Source of the DNA: an uncultured virus (IMG/VR IMGVR_UViG_3300025009_000095) | Taxonomy: Duplodnaviria; Heunggongvirae; Uroviricota; Caudoviricetes | Direction: 5' to 3' (one strand) | DNA length: 20,000 nt | Virus record (IMG/VR): IMGVR_UViG_3300025009_000095 | Shown here: one piece after another, positions 1 through 6,170 of the stretch | Position numbering within the stretch: the first letter of the stretch is position 1 | How the letters are laid out: every line of letters begins with the position of its first letter | Translations under genes and position numbers: made by a program | The notes under the pieces: generated by a model | Databases searched by the model: none | What the model saw: the letters and a program-made list of their open reading frames with translations, nothing else | Told to the model about the DNA's origin: nothing

Positions 1-48
1 AGGTTTTCCTTTAAGTTATTTATTAGTTATTTTAATTAATTATTTTAA

Positions 49-237
49 TTAATGTACTGGCAGCCCTGCGTCAAGGCGTTTTCTGCGAGGAACATGATAA
101 GTTGGTTTGCCAATTGAAATGCGATGACACTTGTAACATAAAGATGCTTGTGGTTTTTTGTCTATGAGATTTTGCTTAAGGATCGTGTTGCAACGAGAAC
201 ATTTATGGGATGATTTTACTGTGTAAGAATTTTTCAT
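49..237 (-). CDS. small zinc-finger-like hypothetical protein
   Basis: 62 aa; CSRC and CYKC pairs, basic C-terminus; SD AAGGAG upstream on minus strand. Confidence 0.7.
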   Translation of the reverse strand: MKNSYTVKSSHKCSRCNTILKQNLIDKKPQASLCYKCHRISIGKPTYHVPRRKRLDAGLPVH

Positions 238-263
238 GATAAAGCTCCTTGTGAGTTGTTTGA

Positions 264-557
264 TTAATCTTCGAGTGATGTTTTCACTGGTGATTGCTTT
301 TGAATTTCGATTAGTTCATCAAGAGTGATTTGATTCCTCAGAGGATTGTTGATGAAATGCTCGATTTCTGCTTGAATATGCGTTGGTACTACATCTAATT
401 TGTTGATGATCATTTTAGTCATGTAAGTATGATAGATTGATTTGACCATCTCGTTGAGACTAGTGAGTTGATAGGTTGGTTCAAGTTGTCGGATTGCTTG
501 CAGCCCGCAAGCTAGTTGATAAGTTGTAAGTTTAAATACTATGCGGTGAGATTTCAT
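264..557 (-). CDS. putative ribbon-helix-helix-like DNA-binding protein, paralog of 3414..3980
   Basis: Start moved to MKSHRIVFKL (ATG at 557; the track starts at 584). IVFKLTTYQLACGLQAIRQLEP aligns with VSFRISDYHLARGLRAIRILEP of 3414..3980. Confidence 0.6.
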   Translation of the reverse strand: MKSHRIVFKLTTYQLACGLQAIRQLEPTYQLTSLNEMVKSIYHTYMTKMIINKLDVVPTHIQAEIEHFINNPLRNQITLDELIEIQKQSPVKTSLED

Positions 558-598
558 TTTATTTGCCCTATAATGGTTGTTCATAAGTGAACGGAAAG

Positions 599-1273
599 TT
601 ATTCACTGATTGTCAGTTTGGCTGGTTTGAACTGAGCTAAAACCGCTGCTTGTTGCTCGGGTGATAAGTTTGCCAGGATTTTCATGGCAAGCATTTCGCT
701 TGTCTGAGCATCGGTTTCGGATGCTGGCTTTTTAGTTGATGGTGCTTTGGCTTTGAGTAAGGTTTTTTGCTGATGATTTATCATCTGCTCTTGATAGTCA
801 AGGTCTTGGTACTCTTTTGCCTGGATCTTCCAGTTATTGTAGGCTCGCTGATAAATTGCTCCGGCCTCTTCAAGAGCTTGTTTGAGTTCTTTGAGTGCTG
901 GCTGTTGCGATTGTTTGGCTTTTTGACTGGCGACCTTGATGCAGTTAAGGCAAATGTTTGCATAGTTAAAGTTTTTCAGCCTGGGAAGCTTTTCTATCAG
1001 TTGATTAGTTGGTTCAATAGAATAGGTTTGGTTGCACGATGAGCAAGTTGCTTTGGTTATCTTTTGATTCTGGCTGGTAATGCCGATTTTATGATAATCA
1101 GGGCGATTGGAGAGATTTTTATGTGCCATTGCGCTGATTAAGGGCATGTTTGCACGAGGCGGTATTTTTACTTTACAGTATGTAAGAACTTCTTCCTGCT
1201 GTTCTTTAGTCCCATGTAATAACATTATCTTAGCAACTTGATCTTTTGTTTGTTCATTCATTGAGTCAGTCAT
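599..1273 (-). CDS. hypothetical protein with zinc ribbon and coiled coil
   Basis: 224 aa; CSSC...CLNC, then a Q/K/E-rich helical region; SD AGGAG. Confidence 0.75.
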   Translation of the reverse strand: MTDSMNEQTKDQVAKIMLLHGTKEQQEEVLTYCKVKIPPRANMPLISAMAHKNLSNRPDYHKIGITSQNQKITKATCSSCNQTYSIEPTNQLIEKLPRLKNFNYANICLNCIKVASQKAKQSQQPALKELKQALEEAGAIYQRAYNNWKIQAKEYQDLDYQEQMINHQQKTLLKAKAPSTKKPASETDAQTSEMLAMKILANLSPEQQAAVLAQFKPAKLTISE

Positions 1274-1303
1274 GTTTGTTCTCCTGTTAAAGTTATTAAG
1301 ATG

Positions 1304-1360
1304 TTAATTGGCAAATCAAGAGACTCATTGAACTTGTGAGTCTCTTAGTTTGGCAATTAA
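1304..1360. repeat. long imperfect inverted repeat (RNA stem-loop or protein-binding site)
   Basis: ttaattggcaaatcaagagactca-N9-tgagtctcttagtttggcaattaa; 24-bp arms, 3 mismatches, perfect 10-bp inner stem. Confidence 0.8.
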
Positions 1361-1701
1361 TTAAATGGACAAGTTTCTTGATCTGCTTCTCCCCAATCTC
1401 CCTGATTAACTGAATCATCTATAATACCAGCAGCTAAATCGTTTACAAGTTGTTGAAAGATGCCATCCCACTCATCAATATCAGCTTGAGATGCATATAA
1501 TTCTGGATATTCTTTTACCTGTGGAGCATTAGGACCTATACAACAGCAAAGATATCTTGTATGAGTTTTTTCATCAATAATTGTACATCCGATGTGATAA
1601 TCACAAGCTACTACAATAGCAGAAAGAGTTTCTTCTTCGGCAGTGGTATATTTGATTACTTTTCCAGCAAATTCTGGATATTCTCTTTTTTCAAACTGCA
1701 T
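1357..1701 (-). CDS. acidic hypothetical protein
   Basis: 114 aa; SD AAGGAG; bounded by 20-bp direct repeats at 1341-1360 and 1727-1746. Confidence 0.75.
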   Translation of the reverse strand: MQFEKREYPEFAGKVIKYTTAEEETLSAIVVACDYHIGCTIIDEKTHTRYLCCCIGPNAPQVKEYPELYASQADIDEWDGIFQQLVNDLAAGIIDDSVNQGDWGEADQETCPFN

Positions 1702-1742
1702 TGTTATTCTCCTTAATGGTTGATATTCTCTTAGTTTGACAA

Positions 1743-1931
1743 TTAAAGCAATTCATCAATGTAATCTGGTTCCAGGCCAAAGTATTCCTGGCAGATATTG
1801 TAAGCACTTTCTTGATCATCATCAGTGAGATATTCTTGAAGCTGTTCTCGAGCTTCTTCGATAAGGTCATCTGCTTCCTGGCTGGTCATTCCATCTCGAC
1901 GCATGAGGATTTGTTTGATTGATTCGGTCAT
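1743..1931 (-). CDS. small acidic phage hypothetical protein
   Basis: 62 aa; LMRRDGM...FGLEPDY resembles a recurrent phage hypothetical family (from recall); SD AAGGAG. Confidence 0.75.
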   Translation of the reverse strand: MTESIKQILMRRDGMTSQEADDLIEEAREQLQEYLTDDDQESAYNICQEYFGLEPDYIDELL

Positions 1932-1943
1932 TTTTCTTGCTCC

Positions 1944-2063
1944 TTAGTATTGCGTTGTGAGTTCTTGCCTTGCGGTATGATCTTGATGATCCCATTCTCC
2001 TGCCAGGCCAAAGGCTATTAGAATAAACAAGGCTACGATTAATTTGAGAAGTTTTGCTTTCAC
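1944..2063 (-). CDS. small membrane/secreted peptide (39 aa, not in ORF track)
   Basis: GTG start after GGAG; MKAKLLKLIVALFILIAFGLAGEWDHQDHTARQELTTQY; start overlaps the upstream stop (GTGA). Confidence 0.6.
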   Translation of the reverse strand: MKAKLLKLIVALFILIAFGLAGEWDHQDHTARQELTTQY

Positions 2064-2233
2064 TTTATTTTCTCCACGTATGCTTGATAATCAAGGTTGA
2101 GGGCTGGTTTGGTGAAATGAGACTTTGCTGTGTGCTGAGCTTCTGCAATCCAATCGCGGTTGGTAATCAAGAGAAGTGTTACTACGGCGAGGAAACCTAT
2201 GCAGAAGCAGCAGAATGATTTAGAGTCTCGCAT
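2060..2233 (-). CDS. small single-TM protein (57 aa, not in ORF track)
   Basis: MRDSKSFCCFCIGFLAVVTLLLITNRDWIAEAQHTAKSHFTKPALNLDYQAYVEKIK; SD AAGGA; fills the gap between neighbours. Confidence 0.6.
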   Translation of the reverse strand: MRDSKSFCCFCIGFLAVVTLLLITNRDWIAEAQHTAKSHFTKPALNLDYQAYVEKIK

Positions 2234-2239
2234 AGCTTT

Positions 2240-2500
2240 TTATTCCTTATGAGAGTTTTTTGCTTGTGAAATGCTGGTAAGAATTTCGTTTGCTTCTGCG
2301 TATGCTGCACTAGTCTCTATTAGCTTTTCCTCTTGTTCATGGATTGCAATTATCATGTCTGTCATGTTTGTGTTAGCAAAACTGTACAGTTTTTTGAGCA
2401 TCTTTCTAATTGCCACAAGATGTATAATGGCTGTCTTGGTATAAAGCATATGTAAGCCGGGATTGTTTTTTCTCTGATCAAATTCATATGACTTTTTCAT
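2240..2500 (-). CDS. hypothetical protein
   Basis: 86 aa; SD AAGGAG; helical C-terminus. Confidence 0.65.
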   Translation of the reverse strand: MKKSYEFDQRKNNPGLHMLYTKTAIIHLVAIRKMLKKLYSFANTNMTDMIIAIHEQEEKLIETSAAYAEANEILTSISQAKNSHKE

Positions 2501-2513
2501 GGCTTGTCTCCTT

Positions 2514-2663
2514 TCAGTGAATGGTTAAGTATGCTATTTGATCGATTACTTTGATGAATCCGAATCTCGCTGCTTGATCGATTGTTTCTTGGCCGAAGAG
2601 GATTGTTAGGGTGATGATGAATTCTTTGTGCTGACAAATGAGTAAGTAATCTATTATGTCCAT
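2514..2663 (-). CDS. hypothetical protein (49 aa, revised start)
   Basis: ATG at 2663 preceded by AAGGA gives MDIIDYLLIC...; the track's longer start overlaps the ORF at 2675..2815. Confidence 0.55.
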   Translation of the reverse strand: MDIIDYLLICQHKEFIITLTILFGQETIDQAARFGFIKVIDQIAYLTIH

Positions 2664-2674
2664 GATTGAGGTCC

Positions 2675-2815
2675 TTAGAAAGACTTGAGGAAGGTGAATG
2701 ATGCTAGTCTGTGACTGATGCAATGGACTGAAAAGATGCAGTCTAGGTAATAATCAGGGTGATTGTAAGGTATTGCTGTGGCTTCATTCCATCTGTAGTC
2801 TGTCCAATGATTCAT
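2675..2815 (-). CDS. hypothetical protein (46 aa, not in ORF track)
   Basis: GGAGctcaccATG; MNHWTDYRWNEATAIPYNHPDYYLDCIFSVHCISHRLASFTFLKSF. Confidence 0.55.
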   Translation of the reverse strand: MNHWTDYRWNEATAIPYNHPDYYLDCIFSVHCISHRLASFTFLKSF

Positions 2816-2825
2816 GGTGAGCTCC

Positions 2826-3089
2826 TTATCTGTATTGTTTAATGACTGCACTAATGGTAAGGTGTGGCCTGGCTGGATTGTTTTGCTTGATTACGCAAGG
2901 TTTGCAGCAGGCGAGTAAGTTTCGGTTGTCAGTGCTTGGCTTGCGACTGTCTCGGTAGATGTGAGTAGTTGGCTGGTGGCAGAAGTAACATAAAGGTATG
3001 ATTGGTTGGTCTGGTTGAATGAGTTCTGATGTGATAGATTCATTTGAGTCATGAAGAGTTGCTAGGATTGTCTTTGCATAGTTTGTCAT
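2826..3089 (-). CDS. zinc-finger-like hypothetical protein
   Basis: 87 aa; CYFC...CCKPC; SD AAGGA; first gene after the promoter at 3190-3218. Confidence 0.65.
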   Translation of the reverse strand: MTNYAKTILATLHDSNESITSELIQPDQPIIPLCYFCHQPTTHIYRDSRKPSTDNRNLLACCKPCVIKQNNPARPHLTISAVIKQYR

Positions 3090-3189
3090 GATGTTTTCCT
3101 TGTAGTGAGTTGCTGGTTTGGTGGTGCTTTATATATAGGGCGAGATTTTCGTGTCGGTGGTTGGTTGTGTAAAATTGTGCTATGTAGAC

Positions 3190-3218
3190 AGGTTAACACG
3201 TGACACCGGGTTTGTCAA
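3190..3218 (-). promoter_or_regulatory. sigma70 promoter
   Basis: TTGACA (3218-3213), 17-bp spacer, TG-extended TAACCT (3195-3190); A-rich UP-like tract upstream. Confidence 0.75.
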
Positions 3219-3219
3219 C

Positions 3220-3410
3220 AATTTTTTGGTGGTTTTCGGAGGCACGTGTCGTTTTTTGGTGTTGTTTGGTGCGTGGCTATTTTGACGTATAAGGCCCGTT
3301 TGGTCGTGGTGCGTGGATAGTACGGGCAACCCGTGTGCGTGGCGTGGCGGTGTCGTGTCGTGCGTGTGTCGGCGTTTTTTGGTGCTTTGCACGCACGTCA
3401 CGTCGCCTGC
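3220..3410. repeat. G/T-rich degenerate repeat tract
   Basis: GTGTCG at 3246, 3350, 3355, 3366 (also 3151); GTGCGTGG at 3269, 3309, 3335; TTTTTTGGTG at 3222, 3252, 3375; inverted repeat cgtgcgtg/cacgcacg at 3359-3397. Confidence 0.6.
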
Positions 3411-3413
3411 CGG

Positions 3414-3980
3414 CTACTCTTTCCATTCCTTGGGTGGACTAAAGTCAGTTACTGATGATATGATTGAGTCTGTAATGTTTGGATCATGAAACTCTGATGG
3501 CTTGGTTAAAGTTTTGTTTGATGCTTTAAAGGCTAAATTGATTTGTTCGTCTAGCTCTGTGTCTTGTTGATTTAGTTTTTCTTGTGCGGCTAGCTTTTCT
3601 TGTGATGCAAGTTTTGCTAAGGATTCTCGTCGCATCTCATTAAAGATTCTTTCTTCTTCGAGTTCACGAGCGATTTGCTGGGCTGTTTTTTGTGGTTGGC
3701 GATTCTTGCCGAGTTGTGGCAAGGCGTCCAGTTGTTTGTTTACTTTCTCGTTGCTTTCTAGCCCTGCTCTTGATAAGGCAATTTCTTGAAGGAGTTCTGG
3801 TGGTACGTCTAATGATGTGTTATTGAAATGCTCTGACTTTGCTATGTAGTCATTGAAGATTGTTCGGATGAGATTTGCTGGTGTTGTTAGTTCCCAGTTT
3901 GGTTCGAGGATGCGAATGGCACGCAAGCCACGAGCTAGATGATAGTCTGAGATTCTAAAACTTACGGTAGGGTTTGACAT
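3414..3980 (-). CDS. putative RHH-like DNA-binding protein with coiled-coil/disordered C-terminus
   Basis: 188 aa; N-terminal PTVSFRIS alternating beta-strand then two helices; Q/E/K-rich tail; SD AGGAG. Confidence 0.6.
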   Translation of the reverse strand: MSNPTVSFRISDYHLARGLRAIRILEPNWELTTPANLIRTIFNDYIAKSEHFNNTSLDVPPELLQEIALSRAGLESNEKVNKQLDALPQLGKNRQPQKTAQQIARELEEERIFNEMRRESLAKLASQEKLAAQEKLNQQDTELDEQINLAFKASNKTLTKPSEFHDPNITDSIISSVTDFSPPKEWKE

Positions 3981-4046
3981 GGTAGTTGCTCCTGTTGAGT
4001 TGAGGGTTTGTTGATTGGTCGGCTGTTTGCCGATTGTTATGATGGT

Positions 4047-4075
4047 AGTTTACCATGGTTTACCGGGGTTTGCAA
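4047..4075 (-). promoter_or_regulatory. sigma70-like promoter for 3414..3980, embedded in iterons
   Basis: TTGCAA (4075-4070), 17-bp spacer, TG-extended TAAACT (4052-4047). Confidence 0.55.
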
Positions 4076-4538
4076 GTGTTTTCTGCGGTTTGCCGGGGTT
4101 TACATGGGTGGGTTTGCATAGCTAAGTGCCTGATATTGTTGGGAAATAAGTGTTTACCTTGTTTACGGTGTTTTCAGGGGTTTACAGAGGTAACTAGTTG
4201 ATATTGTTGAATGTTTACATGTTTACTGGGTTTGCGTGTAAACCCCACCCTCCTCTCCTCTGGTACATCTATTTAAGAAAAAAATTAAATACTAAAATAG
4301 GACACCCACCCTTACACTCTTTTATGACAGGAGGGTAGGGTTTACAAGTAAACAGAGTAAACATAAGTTTACATGTGTTAACTACCTGTTATCACTACCT
4401 TTATTTTTGCATACTCTCTGTTTACTCTGTTTACCCTGTTTACCTATCATTAGCTAACTACCTGTTATTACTATCTTTATCATGTTTACTTTTGTTTACT
4501 CTTGTACACTCTTGTTTACCTGTCTACCCTTTGTTCAC
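4048..4538. repeat. iteron-like repeat array with central inverted repeat (candidate origin, centromere or packaging site)
   Basis: More than 20 GTTTAC-like hexamers at 8-10 bp spacing; four copies of GNTAASTRNYTGWTAT; 18-bp inverted repeat 4237-4254/4329-4346 around an AT-rich core. Confidence 0.85.
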
Positions 4539-4604
4539 CAATGAACAACCAGACAACCTTCCTCTAATCGCTAGTTACTCAAGCGAGAAATTCAAATTGA
4601 TGAA

Positions 4605-4646
4605 TAAGAAATGCCCGGAATGGCCAGAAGTGAACCAAACCGGGCA
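4605..4646 (-). terminator. probable Rho-independent terminator
   Basis: Minus strand TGCCCGG-tt-TGGTT...GGCCA-tt-CCGGGCA followed by TTTCTT, just downstream of 4681..4896. Confidence 0.6.
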
Positions 4647-4680
4647 AAGTGAAAGAATTGAGGGAAGTGAAGGAATGGCG

Positions 4681-4896
4681 TTACCTGGTTAGCTCAATCA
4701 ATACGCCGACTTTTGCAGCTTTATTCAATGGTGAAGAAGCAACGCCGAGGAATCTCAGGACGCCAGAAACATTGTTTTCGTCTCGACCGAGAATGCAGCG
4801 GACTACTTTCATATCGTCTTTGGTGGTAGTCATTTTGATCCCTTGAGCTACCGATATTCCGAAGAGGACATCTTTTTTTAAACGTGAGATTTTCAT
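4681..4896 (-). CDS. small basic hypothetical protein (71 aa, revised start)
   Basis: GAGGAtaatATG at 4896 gives MKISRLKK...; the longer track start runs through a hairpin. Confidence 0.55.
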   Translation of the reverse strand: MKISRLKKDVLFGISVAQGIKMTTTKDDMKVVRCILGRDENNVSGVLRFLGVASSPLNKAAKVGVLIELTR

Positions 4897-4972
4897 ATTA
4901 TCCTCGTAAGTTTGCCGGAAACATCCAGTAATGAATGAATCCGGCAATGTTCAGGTTGTTTAGAGATTCTGG

Positions 4973-5374
4973 TTATTTACCAAGCTTCTTGAGAAGTTCT
5001 GCAATTTCATCGGCGGACATCTTACCAAGGACCGAAATTGCTTTCTCTTCGTCGCTCATGCTCGTTTGCGGCCGGGAGACGGTTTTCCATTCCATTGAAT
5101 CGATGTTTTTCTGGCCGTATTCCTCGGACCATGTATCGTCCTTTTTGCACGCTTTGAAGGTTGCCCGAACTTCAATTATGCCTTTCTGCAGTCCTTTCTG
5201 AATCAGTTTTGCTGTGAAGTCATTCTCATTGGCCCAAGCAATCAGCTTGTCTGCATCTTCAAACTGTTCAGCCGAGGGGAAAAGATGTGATGGCAGGGAG
5301 TGAACGTATTCCTTACCGTCTACAGGAGTAATGACTTTGCCGTTATCCAATTGGATGTAAATTGATTCTGCCAT
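4973..5374 (-). CDS. hypothetical protein, first gene of leftward transcript
   Basis: 133 aa; SD AAGGGAG; directly downstream of two tandem promoters. Confidence 0.8.
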   Translation of the reverse strand: MAESIYIQLDNGKVITPVDGKEYVHSLPSHLFPSAEQFEDADKLIAWANENDFTAKLIQKGLQKGIIEVRATFKACKKDDTWSEEYGQKNIDSMEWKTVSRPQTSMSDEEKAISVLGKMSADEIAELLKKLGK

Positions 5375-5434
5375 GATAGTATCTCCCTTGAAAGAGTTTG
5401 TTTGACCAAGAACTATTCTTGATCTGTTATGGGT

Positions 5435-5463
5435 AATGTATACCCGGTTAATCCTTTTGTCAA
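5435..5463 (-). promoter_or_regulatory. sigma70 promoter
   Basis: TTGACA (5463-5458), 17 bp, TACATT (5440-5435); upstream AAATAAATG. Confidence 0.75.
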
Positions 5464-5535
5464 CATTTATTTTTGAGTTAGTTTGAAATAATTAAATGTT
5501 GAATGATTCAAACTATCTCGATGTTGATATCTAAT

Positions 5536-5564
5536 ATGTTATAGCAGATTAGTCTGATTGTCAA
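5536..5564 (-). promoter_or_regulatory. sigma70 promoter
   Basis: TTGACA (5564-5559), 17 bp, TAACAT (5541-5536); same AAATAAATG upstream context. Confidence 0.75.
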
Positions 5565-6077
5565 CATTTATTTGTAGGTTGTTTGTCCTTTATTATATGG
5601 ACAAGGAAGAATGTCTCTTGATAATAATTGTTAGTTGCTATTGATTATCAATGTTGTTTGATTGTGAGAGTTAATACCAATTGATATTGATTGCCAGGTA
5701 AGACTGATTATCAAATGAGAGAGAATGCCAGGAAAGAATGGTTGTTAAGAAAGAATGTTTCTCAAATGATTCTAGTTCTTTTGAGGGAACAATTATTGTT
5801 AAGAGCTGAATGCCTGACAACCAATGCCTCGGTTCTCTCTGACGGATAAGTGGTCTCTGTACTGAGTTGTGGAAAGCACACTTTTCCAAATGCCGGCAAC
5901 TGGGAACAATCAAAACATCCACTCAAAAGCACCAGTCAACCTTGCAAAACTCATCAGCAAACAGAAACAAGACCGTCTTTAAAATATCGCCGCCAGCCTG
6001 TAAGAATGCTGGCAATCTGCACCAACCAGCACCAAACAGGAAAAAACCGGAATCTTTTTCACCAATCAACATTTTCC

Positions 6078-6106
6078 TTGCAATTCCCTCCTAAATATAG
6101 TACGGT
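6078..6106 (+). promoter_or_regulatory. possible sigma70-like promoter for packaging genes
   Basis: TTGCAA, 17 bp, TACGGT, ~65 bp upstream of the terS start. Confidence 0.4.
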
Positions 6107-6170
6107 TCGTTAAGACCTAAAGAAATATTTACCCAACACCATTTTTCCCTTTACTACTCGGACAACCACA

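Noticed and set aside
1304..1360. Integron attC site
   Set aside because: Lacks the RYYYAAC/GTTRRRY ends in gene orientation and no integron integrase is visible; kept only as a palindrome
3180..3401. 73-aa minus-strand ORF
   Set aside because: Runs through a repeat tract and a clear promoter; H/T/P/K bias mirrors the nucleotide skew
4048..4538. Possible CRISPR array
   Set aside because: Repeat units are 6-10 bp, with no 25-45-bp repeats separated by unique spacers and no cas genes
4375..4692. 105-aa plus-strand hydrophobic ORF
   Set aside because: VYS/VYP/LFT repeats are simply translations of the GTTTAC array; no SD
5671..6113. Overlapping short ORFs 5671..5922, 5850..6113 and 5867..6094
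   Set aside because: Non-ATG starts without a convincing SD, mutually overlapping, no recognisable motifs
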